Positions 39,657 through 49,596 of a DNA stretch of 57,290 bases are shown piece after piece. The position numbers and the translations under genes were made by a program. The first letter of the stretch is position 1. Each line of letters starts with the position of its first letter. A model generated the notes under the pieces. The model did no database searches. It saw nothing but the letters and a program-made list of their open reading frames with translations, and was not told the DNA's origin. The DNA lies in assembly GCA_000960865.2 (NCBI GenBank), contig JZWU02000007.1:1-57290 (forward strand), given 5' to 3'. This DNA comes from Vulcanisaeta sp. AZ3. Lineage in GTDB: Archaea; Thermoproteota; Thermoprotei; Thermoproteales; Thermocladiaceae.

Positions 39657-42028
39657 ATGTATTTAACCAGTACCACCTTCTCATTTGCGTGGCTACTCAA
39701 AAACTTATTGTTTGGCTTAACGAGGAGGCAGAGAACGTTTCTCGAGGTCAATGGACTTAAGGATAAGATAATCAATACGATTAGGGAAATCATTAGAGAG
39801 AAGAAACCGGAGGAGTATGAGGAAGCTCGTAAGGTCATTAAGGAATTAATAATTAATGCTGAGATGCCTAAGGAGATTATTGAGGAGATTAATAGAGCAT
39901 ATATGGAGTTAAGTAAGAGATTTAGTGCTAATGCCATACCTGTGGCTGTTAGGTCTAGCGCAACTGCCGAGGATTTAAGGACCGCTAGTTTTGCTGGTCA
40001 GCAGGATACGTATTTAAACGTGGTTGGAATTGAGAATGTTATTAAGTACATCAAGTACGTGTGGGCTAGTATATAATGCGAGAGCCCTAGCCTATAGGGA
40101 TGAGAAGAAGATACCTCACGAGAGAGCCTCCATGGCTGTGGTGGTTCAGAGGCTTCGTTAATAGTAGGGCGTCGGGCGTTATGTTCACGATAAATCCCGT
40201 CACGGGCAATAGGGATGAAAATGTCATAGAGGGTTCTTGGGGCCTTGGAGAGGCTATAGTTGGTGGTAAGGTTACACCAGATAGGTGGATTGTGGATAAA
40301 AATAGCCTCGCAATTAAGGATAGATATGTATCTAATAAGTCAATGATGATAATTAAGGATGAGAAGGGCCTCACGAAAGAAGTTGAGGCACCTCAGGATA
40401 TAGCCACAAAACCTTCGTTAAGTGATGAAATGGTGATAGCCCTTGCTAAGATTGGGTTAGCACTAGAGAGATATTTCGGTTATCCAGTGGATGTTGAGCG
40501 GGCTCTTGATTCAGATAGCGGTGAGCTTTATGTTGTTCAGACCAGGGCTGAAACCGTGTTCAGTGTGGGTGAGGCTAAACAAGTTGGGGACAGTAAGGTG
40601 CAGGTTGAGAGTAGTAAGAAGGTCGTGGTTAAGGGTATACCTGCAAGCCCTGGTACGGCTATTGGTAGAGTTAGAATTTGCTTATCCGTAGATGATGCGA
40701 AGAGTAGGATGAGTAAGGGGGCCATATTAGTGACTAGGATGACAAAACCTGACTGGGTGCCGTACATGAAGATTGCTGTCGCAATAATAACTGATGAAGG
40801 TGGGATGACAAGTCATGCAGCAATAGTATTGAGGGAATTAGGAATACCGGCCATAGTGGGTACTGGTAATGCGACTGCTGTACTTAGGGATGGGGATGTA
40901 TACACGGTAGATGCAGTGCATGGTGTGGTTTATGAAGGGGAAGTTGAGGAGTTCAAACAAAAAGAGACAAAGGTTACCGAGGGAGTTACGACCTCGGTGT
41001 CTGGTAGTGAAATAATACTTCACATCTATAGGTCAATAAGGACTGCTACTGGGGTTTACATGAATTTAGGGGTCCCGGAGAAGATTGATGAGTACAAGGA
41101 TCTACCCTTTGATGGTATAGGCCTCATGAGGATTGAATTCGTACTATCGAGTTACATTGGTGATCATCCACTGTACCTAATTGATATTGGTAATGAGGAA
41201 AAGTTCGTGAATAAGTTAGCCGAGGGAGCTGCCTATGTGGCTAAGGCCATATACCCGAGACCAGTCATAGTTAGATTTAGTGACTTTAAGAGCAATGAGT
41301 ATAGGCAATTAAGGGGTGGTGAGAAGTACGAACCTGAGGAGAGGAACCCAATGCTGGGTTGGAGAGGCGTGTCTAGGTACATAAGTAAGGCTTATGAACG
41401 GGGCTTTAGGCTTGAGGTAAGGGCTATCAAGAGGGTTAGAGAGAAGTTTAACCTAAGTAATGTTCATGTAATGGCACCCTTCGTGAGGTCACCGTGGGAG
41501 TTGGAGAAATTCATGGAGATAATGAAGAGCGAAGATTTGGATAGAGGTAGGGACTTCAAGGTATACGCCATGGCTGAGATACCAAGCATAGCTCTCCTTG
41601 TTGAGGATTTTGCAAAGTACGTAGATGGATTCTCCATAGGGAGCAATGACTTAACACAACTCGTACTAGGTACGGATAGAGATAACGAAATATTAGTCAG
41701 ACAAGATACGAGGTATTTTGATGAGAGAGATCCAGCAGTTCTCAGGGCTATGTATGAGATTATAAGGAGAGCTCACGTGACGAATAAGAGCGTGGGTATA
41801 TGCGGACAAGCACCTTCAGTATACCCGGAGATTACGGAGTTCTTGGTAAGGGCAGGGATAGTCTATGTAAGTGTAAATCCAGATGCAATAATAACCACGA
41901 GACTCCTCATCGATTCAATAGAGAGAAAAATACTCCTCGAAGAACTTAAAGAATTAAGAATAAAGCTCATGAACATAGATCCAGACATAGAATTCAAAAG
42001 CATATTAAGTAAAACATTCAGAGGTTAA
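39657..42028 (+). pseudogene. ppsA: Phosphoenolpyruvate synthase, 5'-truncated with two frameshifts
   Basis: AVRSSATAED and SFAGQQDT, then YNARALAYR...MAVVVQRL in a second frame (~40072-40155), then VNSRASGV, GGMTSHAAI and SIGSNDLTQ in a third; N-terminal GGK motif absent. Confidence 0.85.
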
Positions 42029-42642
42029 TGAGCAATGGTACTTATTATCATTGCTATTCCGAAGTATGTTATGATTACGGCTAGGGCTATGAGGATTATT
42101 CTATAAATTCTCACTTTTACCCTACTTAAGGAGCCTAGGGTGGCTATGAGCGTTAACCATACATAATCTAACCACACATGAGATACGTACATTATACCTA
42201 TGCCTACAAGATACATGGTTTTGAACGCCTCCATAATTAATGGTGTACCCACACCTATCCACCAAGCTATGAAATATGGGTTAAATAGAGATAGAAATGC
42301 TCCTGTTGCTACTGCAGAACTATACCTCGGTGAATCGCTTGTTGTTAAGCTTACCTTAATCGCGTCTCTAAACGTTAGGTATGCAAAGAATATTAGGAAA
42401 GTTCCTCCAATAAGCCCGAAGGCTTTAGATACTGCAGGTATTTGAAAGATGTAGTGCAAACCATAGGCTATTGCTAATACCAGGGGTAACTCAACTGCCA
42501 TGTGCCCCACAGCCTCATTAAAGCCAGCCCTCCAACCACTCTTGGCACCTAAGGATGCTGCTGATGCCGTCAGCGGCCCAGGTGCAAGGGCTCCAGAAGC
42601 GCTGATTAATATTACCTTGAGGATGAAATCCAGATCCAGCAT
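42025..42642 (-). CDS. LysE-family translocator
   Basis: SGALAPGP, GHMAVE and NPYFIAWW motifs. Confidence 0.88.
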   Translation of the reverse strand: MLDLDFILKVILISASGALAPGPLTASAASLGAKSGWRAGFNEAVGHMAVELPLVLAIAYGLHYIFQIPAVSKAFGLIGGTFLIFFAYLTFRDAIKVSLTTSDSPRYSSAVATGAFLSLFNPYFIAWWIGVGTPLIMEAFKTMYLVGIGIMYVSHVWLDYVWLTLIATLGSLSRVKVRIYRIILIALAVIITYFGIAMIISTIAH

Positions 42643-42897
42643 TAGAAATCTAAATAAATATGTAGTATTATTTAAGTATTGAGTATACACCCAATCACTC
42701 AAAGCACTCGATTCTCTAATAGCTCTTCAATAATATCATCATCCTTATTAACTCCAACATTACTCACTAATAAATAACTATAATCCTCCGCAAAATCATA
42801 ATACCATATTTATAGAACTAGAATCGTAGGGTATTGAATATATTTTGATTGACTTAATTAGTGATTAGGGGTTTTAAAAGCAACGTTAATAAGTGTC

Positions 42898-44202
42898 TTA
42901 GCCCAATGCTTCGGTGAAGATAGTCCTTAGGTCTTCCTTGGTTATTGGCTGCTTTGGTGCCAACACGAGTAATCTTTGCTGTGCTAAGGTTCCCTCAACT
43001 AACTTACCCAGATGGGACTGTGTGAAACCTATCTCCTTAAGTGTCGTTGGTATACCGAGATCACTCAGAAGCTCTAGGTAGTACTCGGCAATTGCCTCCC
43101 CAATGGCCTTAGGCCTCGTATCCGTAATATCGATACCTAACACTCTGGCAACATCCAGGAACCTATCTGGGGCGTACTTTGTTAGATACTTGAATGCATA
43201 GGCTGCTGGCAATGCAGTAGAGATTCCATGAGGTACGATTGAGTAACCGAACTCATAATCTGGTGGATACCACCTCTCCACTAGGCCTGCTATTGGATAG
43301 GCCATAGCGTGAGGCACATGGACACCTGCATGACCAAAGCCAATGCCGGCTAGGCTTGCTGCCATTGCCATGTAGTACCTAGCCTCTATGTCGTAGGGTG
43401 TGGCTACAGCTCTCCTCAAGTACTTGTTAACCCATTCAATGGATTTTAGTGCGAATAGGTCGCCAATTGGGGTGCTTCCTGCATATACTGGTCTTTCGGC
43501 TGGATTTGTGATTCTTTCTCTGGCAGTGTATGGTCTTGCTGTGTAGGATTCGATTGCATGGTTTAGTACGTCTAATCCTGTGGATGCAGTTACCATCCTA
43601 GGCATTGTGATTGTGTTGAGGGGATCTATTATAGCCACTGTGGGTCTAATGTAGGGATTGCTGATTCCTGTCTTGACTCTCAATTTCTTAATATCGAGGA
43701 CGGCCACGGCTGTGTTCTCGGCACCTGTGCCGGCCGTTGTTGGTATTGCTATGAGGGGCTTCAGTGGGCCTGGTGGTGTTAGGCCTTTACCTATTGGTTT
43801 GTTTACGTAGTCCATTAAATCACCGCCATATGTATATAGTAAGTTCAATACCTTAGCCGTATCTATAGTCGAACCGCCACCTAATGCTATAAAACCATCT
43901 ATCTTTAAGTCCTTGATCTTCTTGAACGCTTCTATTAAGGCCTCATCTTCAGGCTCTATGTGTACGTCGGTCGTGACGTGAACCTCCTCCGCATTATCCT
44001 TAAGGATGTTGTATACTTTCTCGTAGGGTTTTAAGTTAACCATTTTTTGCCCAACAACTAGCAGTACTCTCCTTAAGCCAAGCCTCTTAACCTCATAGCC
44101 TAGCTCCTCTGTGGCTCCAATGCCGAACTTAACCTTCGGCAGTTCTATTTGGAATACCGCATCATTAACCTCAGAGGACGCTATATAGGAGGCATAACTC
44201 AT
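42898..44202 (-). CDS. Fe-containing alcohol dehydrogenase, hydroxyacid-oxoacid transhydrogenase (HOT) type
   Basis: GGGSTIDTAK, PTTAGTG, RPVYAGS, GVHVPHAMAYP and VPHG motifs. Confidence 0.88.
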   Translation of the reverse strand: MSYASYIASSEVNDAVFQIELPKVKFGIGATEELGYEVKRLGLRRVLLVVGQKMVNLKPYEKVYNILKDNAEEVHVTTDVHIEPEDEALIEAFKKIKDLKIDGFIALGGGSTIDTAKVLNLLYTYGGDLMDYVNKPIGKGLTPPGPLKPLIAIPTTAGTGAENTAVAVLDIKKLRVKTGISNPYIRPTVAIIDPLNTITMPRMVTASTGLDVLNHAIESYTARPYTARERITNPAERPVYAGSTPIGDLFALKSIEWVNKYLRRAVATPYDIEARYYMAMAASLAGIGFGHAGVHVPHAMAYPIAGLVERWYPPDYEFGYSIVPHGISTALPAAYAFKYLTKYAPDRFLDVARVLGIDITDTRPKAIGEAIAEYYLELLSDLGIPTTLKEIGFTQSHLGKLVEGTLAQQRLLVLAPKQPITKEDLRTIFTEALG

Positions 44203-44207
44203 CCTAG

Positions 44208-45020
44208 TCACCATTGTATTGGCTTGGGTGCCTTGGGGTATTTATTCCATAGTTCTGGGTCGTGGGTTATGATTAATTTATACCTCTTAGTGACTAGCCT
44301 TGTCTTAATTCTCTTCACATAGTTCTCGAACTCAAGAGCATCACCTAATAACCAACCCTTAGACTCTAAATCTAATTCCTGTGGTAAGTGAAGGAAGTCA
44401 CCCGTAAAGATGAACTTCTTACCATTGCCAACATCCACAACCATAGCTTGGTGGCCCGGAGTGTGTCCACCTGTAAACTCAAGCATTATACCATCAAGTA
44501 ATTCAAAACTTGGCTCCTCAATTGGCACCCAGTTAGCACCTCTGAGTGGATCTAGGTCCGCTGGGTCGTAGGCTCCGTACTTACCCATCCAAAGTGACGT
44601 GAGTGCATACTCAAGCTCCTTCCTCTGAACTATTAGTGGGGTTTTTGAATCCTTGAATAATGATGCTTGACCAACATGGTCAATGTGTAGGTGGGATAGT
44701 ACGACAAATGATATATCCTCAGGCTTTAGGTTAAGTAATGCTAATTGTCTCTCAAGTCTATTCTCATCACTAAACTTCTCAATTGGGAATGCCTCTATAA
44801 CACCCTTCTGATGAGTCTTCATATAATCAGGCGATATACCCGTATCAAAGAGTATATAACCATCAGTATGCTCAACCACAGCAGCCATAATCGGGATCAA
44901 GACCCACTCCCTCTTAGGGCTCTTATCACTATACGTCATAGCACCAGCGCCAGGTAAGAACCAACCAATATCACCGCCTAACCAACCCATATCAAGTAAG
45001 TAGACATTTTTAACCGGCAT
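44208..45020 (-). CDS. Metallo-beta-lactamase-fold lactonase (AiiA/AttM family)
   Basis: DTG, SHLHIDHVG, GHTPGH, TGD and THD motifs. Confidence 0.88.
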   Translation of the reverse strand: MPVKNVYLLDMGWLGGDIGWFLPGAGAMTYSDKSPKREWVLIPIMAAVVEHTDGYILFDTGISPDYMKTHQKGVIEAFPIEKFSDENRLERQLALLNLKPEDISFVVLSHLHIDHVGQASLFKDSKTPLIVQRKELEYALTSLWMGKYGAYDPADLDPLRGANWVPIEEPSFELLDGIMLEFTGGHTPGHQAMVVDVGNGKKFIFTGDFLHLPQELDLESKGWLLGDALEFENYVKRIKTRLVTKRYKLIITHDPELWNKYPKAPKPIQW

Positions 45021-45183
45021 AAGTTATGGAATATCTTTAATACTTTAAAAATTCTCTGTAATTAAAAATATATTCCTTATATAGATATTTATCCTATAGT
45101 TATATTCTAAATATAGTAACAATTATTTATCACGTATCTGGCCTTTAATTAACACGCCTTCATGAGAGATTGCGTATGATTAG

Positions 45184-45281
45184 TGGGGCCGCCGGGATTT
45201 GAACCCGGGTTCACCGGCATCGAGCCAGCTTCGGGGCTGGTGCCCCAGGCCGGCATCCTAGCCAGGCTAGACTACGGCCCC
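45184..45281 (-). tRNA. tRNA-Pro(GGG) with 23-nt anticodon-loop intron
   Basis: GGGGCCG acceptor stem; CCGGC-CTGGGG(C)...GCCGG interrupted by a CCAGC/GCTGG hairpin; T arm CCGGG-TTCAAAT-CCCGG. Confidence 0.92.
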
Positions 45282-45514
45282 TTGTTCTTGTTGTTGCTAC
45301 TGCTTTGGATTTTAAGTTTTTGCGTTAGATGGTGTAATACTCTTTATACAGTTACTTAATTAATTAAGTAGTAGAGCTATTATAATAGCGAGAAAGATTT
45401 GTTACGCTTGTTAAATATAATATCTGATATCTTCATTGAGTATTGATTTTGCGCGTCGATGGAATAGGCAAATTAAGGTAAATTAATTTAATTTTCTCTG
45501 GGATTTATTTTGGC

Positions 45515-46864
45515 ATGCAAAGTTTTGAGGAATTTCTGTTAAGTAAGATGAGTGAGTCTAGGTTGCCGAGTATCGCCGTGTCTCTTGTTAGAGGCAGTGA
45601 TGTTGTTTATGCAAAGGCCTTTGGCTTTAGGGATCTTGAGAACGGCTTGCCTGCCACGCCTAGAACTATCTATGGTATTGGTTCCATCACGAAGATGTTT
45701 ACGGCAATAGCTATAATGCAGCTTCAGGAAAGAGGGTTGTTGAGTATTGATGACTTGGTTAGTAAGTATGGTTTTGACCTCAAGGTTATGGGTGAACCTG
45801 TGAGGGTGTGGCATTTGCTCTCACATACAAGTGGTATACCAGCCCTTGGTTATGCTGAGGCCTTTATAGATGGTATCACTGGAGCTAGGAGGATTTGGCT
45901 TCCGCTGGCTACCCCGGAGGATGTGCTGACCTTCATGAGGGGTTCAGAGACTTGGGCTGTAGATAAGCCGGGGCGTAGGATGTTTTATTTAAATGAGGGT
46001 TATGTAATACTGGGTAAAATAATAGAGGAGGTTAGTGGGGTTAGTTATTGGGATTACATTAGGCAGAATATACTGAAGCCACTTAGTATGGGGAGGACAT
46101 ACCTTAGGCGTGAGGAGGTGGAGGGTGATAGTGATGTAGCTACACCATACATAATAACCAATAAGGGGCCTATTAGATCCAGGTTTCCTTATGGCATAGC
46201 TTCAGACGGGGGCTTACTTAGTAATGCCCTGGACTTATCTAAATTCCTTTTAATGCTTATTAATAGGGGATCCTTGAGCCAAGCATTAATAATAACCAAG
46301 GACTCCTTGAAGGCCATGGAGAATCCCATAACCACCTGGGGTCAGTACTACGTTACTGGTGATGAGTATGCTGGGTACGGCCTTGGTGTCATTACCTATA
46401 GATTCTTTGATACTAGAGTTCTGGGTCACTCAGGCTCTGTGGGTGTTTATACAGCATTCTTAGGTTATATACCCGAGGAGAGAGTTGGTGTTGTGTTGCT
46501 TGCTAATGGTTCAGGTTATCCCATGATTTACCTAGGCCTCTATCTACTTGCTGTGACCACGAATAGGAGTCCTGATAAATTACCCTTTATTAAGTATGAG
46601 AGATTGTTGAGGAATATTGAGGGTGCTTATGAGAGTTGGAGAGGTGCCTATAGGGTTTACGTAAAAGTTAAGAATTGGGTGCCGTACATAGTAGAGAGGA
46701 GTAAGTATGGCAAGATGGAAACTCCATTATTTCCATTAAGCATTAGTGATGATGAAGCTACATTCGTGGCATTAACGTACGGTCGAAAGTCAACGGTTAC
46801 AATAACCCTAAACCCACCTACACTCATTTATGAGAGATTTAAATTCATAAAAATAGGCTATTAA
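45515..46864 (+). CDS. Serine hydrolase, beta-lactamase class C / Pab87-like peptidase
   Basis: SITK, LLSHTSG, YLN and HSG motifs. Confidence 0.88.
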   Translation: MQSFEEFLLSKMSESRLPSIAVSLVRGSDVVYAKAFGFRDLENGLPATPRTIYGIGSITKMFTAIAIMQLQERGLLSIDDLVSKYGFDLKVMGEPVRVWHLLSHTSGIPALGYAEAFIDGITGARRIWLPLATPEDVLTFMRGSETWAVDKPGRRMFYLNEGYVILGKIIEEVSGVSYWDYIRQNILKPLSMGRTYLRREEVEGDSDVATPYIITNKGPIRSRFPYGIASDGGLLSNALDLSKFLLMLINRGSLSQALIITKDSLKAMENPITTWGQYYVTGDEYAGYGLGVITYRFFDTRVLGHSGSVGVYTAFLGYIPEERVGVVLLANGSGYPMIYLGLYLLAVTTNRSPDKLPFIKYERLLRNIEGAYESWRGAYRVYVKVKNWVPYIVERSKYGKMETPLFPLSISDDEATFVALTYGRKSTVTITLNPPTLIYERFKFIKIGY

Positions 46865-47799
46865 AGAAGCCCTTTATCCTCCTTAACCCACTCATTAAGT
46901 AATTCATGAGCTGCTCTAGTACCCAATTCCTCAGGGTTATCACTCGAGCCCCTCACCCTAATTATCCTTTTCCTACTCCCATCAATACTTGCCACGCCTG
47001 CTATGAACTCCATCTCATGATCCTCATAAATTGCGATACCACCAATAGGTACGTGGCAACCCCCGCCCATAGTTTTTAAGAACGCTCTCTCAGCCAGTGC
47101 CTCAGCTCTAGCCTTAGGATCGCTGGCTCTTCTAAGTAAGTCAATAATTTCAGTATCCTTCTCACGGACGACTACAGCTATGATCCCCTGCCCAGGCGCT
47201 GGTGGTATTACGTCTAGAGGTATACGTGTATAATTAATTCCGAGACTCTTTAAATCCCCGTAAAGTCTCACGAGACCTGCCTCTGCAATTATTATGGCGT
47301 CATATTGACCATTAATTAGTTTATTTATGCGCGTGTCAACATTCCCCCTAATCACGTCTATTGATAAGTCACGCCTTAGATTCAGTAAGAACGCCCTGCG
47401 CCTAACGCTTGATGTACCTATCTTGGCACCGCTTGGTAATGACGCTAAATTTACAGGCTCCCTATTTTTAGTAACTAATACATCATATGGCGGATCCCTC
47501 TGTGAGAAACCTGCTATGACGAGCCCAGGGCTTAATTCACTTGGTAAATCTTTAAGGCTGTGTATAGCTATGTCAGCCTCATTCCTTAATAAAGCTTGAT
47601 TTACCTCCTTCTCAAATATACCCTTAACACCAATTGCATATAATGGCTTGTCCTGTATCGCATCACCGGTTGTTTTTATAATCATAACCTCAAACTTTAC
47701 ATCAGGTTCTACCTTCTTTATCATGTCCATAACGATGTTAGTCTGCACCAACGACAATTTACTTCCCCTCGTGGCTATCCTAATCCTCATTCTTACCAT
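46861..47799 (-). CDS. hemC: Hydroxymethylbilane synthase
   Basis: ATRGSKL, HSLKD, GTSSVRR and GGGCHVP motifs. Confidence 0.97.
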   Translation of the reverse strand: MVRMRIRIATRGSKLSLVQTNIVMDMIKKVEPDVKFEVMIIKTTGDAIQDKPLYAIGVKGIFEKEVNQALLRNEADIAIHSLKDLPSELSPGLVIAGFSQRDPPYDVLVTKNREPVNLASLPSGAKIGTSSVRRRAFLLNLRRDLSIDVIRGNVDTRINKLINGQYDAIIIAEAGLVRLYGDLKSLGINYTRIPLDVIPPAPGQGIIAVVVREKDTEIIDLLRRASDPKARAEALAERAFLKTMGGGCHVPIGGIAIYEDHEMEFIAGVASIDGSRKRIIRVRGSSDNPEELGTRAAHELLNEWVKEDKGLL

Positions 47800-47959
47800 A
47801 ATTGAGCTTATACTCTTTTAATACTTGCTGGACAGGCATGATTATAGGTATAACGATATAGCTACTTAATGAATTTCGAATCTAGTGATTTAGGTATCTT
47901 AAGGCTTGCTGGCGCATGCATCCCCTGTTTGTCATTATTAATTGTGTGCAGAGATACTT

Positions 47960-48502
47960 TTATGCCGTGTTATATATTGACTTAATGACATCTACCCATG
48001 GATTATTACGTATGAAGTCAGGTAAAGCATGATCACTTGGTGAATTATCATTACTACTTATACTGCTTATTTCATCACCCTTGCAGGTTAATACATTACT
48101 TCTCCTTTCAAGCTCCTCCACCTTCTCAACGAGTTTACCTACTAATTCTCTAAGCATCTTCAATTCCTTAATTAACTCCTCCTGATACGCCATATCTAAG
48201 TAATCATTGGTGCTTGATGTTTGCTGCGTCCCTGTTATTATTGATAGCCTAACGTTAAATACGTAATTATCCATGGTAAGGTTATTAAAATTACCGTTAG
48301 ATTGTGTATCATTGTCTTTCTGCTCATCGTGTGTTCTAGATATTGATTTATCGGTATTCTTTGTAAAGGTTCTGTACTTAGATATTGCCTTGTAGACTGT
48401 GTTTACGGATATACCTAGCTTCTGGGCTATCTCCTTTGGTTTCAATCCGTCATTGAAGTAAAGCTGGCCTACTAATTCCTCTGTCTTTGTTAATTTTAAC
48501 AT
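47960..48502 (-). CDS. HTH-domain protein with coiled coil
   Basis: KPKEIAQKLGISVNTVYKAI HTH. Confidence 0.75.
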   Translation of the reverse strand: MLKLTKTEELVGQLYFNDGLKPKEIAQKLGISVNTVYKAISKYRTFTKNTDKSISRTHDEQKDNDTQSNGNFNNLTMDNYVFNVRLSIITGTQQTSSTNDYLDMAYQEELIKELKMLRELVGKLVEKVEELERRSNVLTCKGDEISSISSNDNSPSDHALPDFIRNNPWVDVIKSIYNTA

Positions 48503-48654
48503 TCAATGATTAATTCTCTAATCGTTAAAATCAATTTATGTTTTTAGAACAATGGAATACCTAAATATTGATAGTAATGATATTACCAGATATACGATTT
48601 CATGATAATGATACTGATAATGCATAATAATACCCCTACCCGAAATTAACGTCT

Positions 48655-49596
48655 ATGAAGGCAGTAATTGCGGTTCATGGCGGTGCAGGTAGCATGAATT
48701 ATTTTACAAGCGAGGAACATAGGCAGAGGTACCTGAGGGGCCTTGAGAATGCAGTTAGGGCTGGCCTCGATGCTGTTAAAAAGGGTAATGCGTTGGATAT
48801 GGTTGTTGAGGCTGTGTCGTCTATGGAGAATGATGGTTCTTATGATGCAGGCAGGGGTTCTGTCCTTAACTTATTTGGTGAGGTTGAACAGGATGCCGGT
48901 GTTATGTTTGGTAAGGACTTGAGGATTGGTGCTGTGGCTTTCGTGAAGCATGTAATTAATACTGTGAGACTTGCCCGCATTATTATGGAGAAGACAGACC
49001 ACGTGCTTATCGTTGGTGAAGGTGCTGAGGATTTAGCCAAGACCTTTGGCTTATGGGTCTCTGAGGTTGAGTTAATAAATGAGACTAAAATTAATCGTTA
49101 CAAGGCACTAATTAGAAACCTCGGTGAAAGATATCCGAGAAATAATGACTTGGCCAGGAGCATTGGTATTCTGGGTACTGTTGGTGCAATTGCTGTCGAT
49201 AGAGACGGAAATTTAGCCGCAGCAACCTCCACTGGTGGGACGATATTGAAGTGGCCTGGAAGAGTTGGTGATACACCAATACCAGGTGCGGGTTATTGGG
49301 CTGAGAATGGCGTTGTTGCTGTCTCAGCTACGGGAATTGGTGAATTCATAATTAGATCCATGGCATCACTCAGGGTTGCTCAGCTCATTAGATCTGGGTT
49401 TGATGTTTACGAGGCGGTGAAACAATCTGTGGATTTCGTAACGAGAAACTTTGGGTCAGGGACCATAGGCCTATTGGCAATTGACCATAGGGGTAGAGTC
49501 GCGGCTGCATTCAATACAGAGGTTATGGGAAGAGCGTGGGCTGATGAGGAAGGTAAGGTTAGGGTCGCTCACAAGCCTGAGGATCCATTCCCTTAG
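48655..49596 (+). CDS. Isoaspartyl peptidase / plant-type L-asparaginase
   Basis: HGGAG, GTVGA, ATSTGG and GRVGD motifs. Confidence 0.93.
   Translation: MKAVIAVHGGAGSMNYFTSEEHRQRYLRGLENAVRAGLDAVKKGNALDMVVEAVSSMENDGSYDAGRGSVLNLFGEVEQDAGVMFGKDLRIGAVAFVKHVINTVRLARIIMEKTDHVLIVGEGAEDLAKTFGLWVSEVELINETKINRYKALIRNLGERYPRNNDLARSIGILGTVGAIAVDRDGNLAAATSTGGTILKWPGRVGDTPIPGAGYWAENGVVAVSATGIGEFIIRSMASLRVAQLIRSGFDVYEAVKQSVDFVTRNFGSGTIGLLAIDHRGRVAAAFNTEVMGRAWADEEGKVRVAHKPEDPFP

Noticed and set aside
39657-39692. ppsA remnant ORF starts MYLTSTTFSFAW, rich in aromatic residues
   Set aside because: Appears to be scrambled pseudogene sequence; promoter spacing does not fit.
39266-45370. AT-only or AT-rich palindromes at 39266-39283, 39563-39576 and 45353-45370
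   Set aside because: Low complexity within very AT-rich spacers; likely chance.
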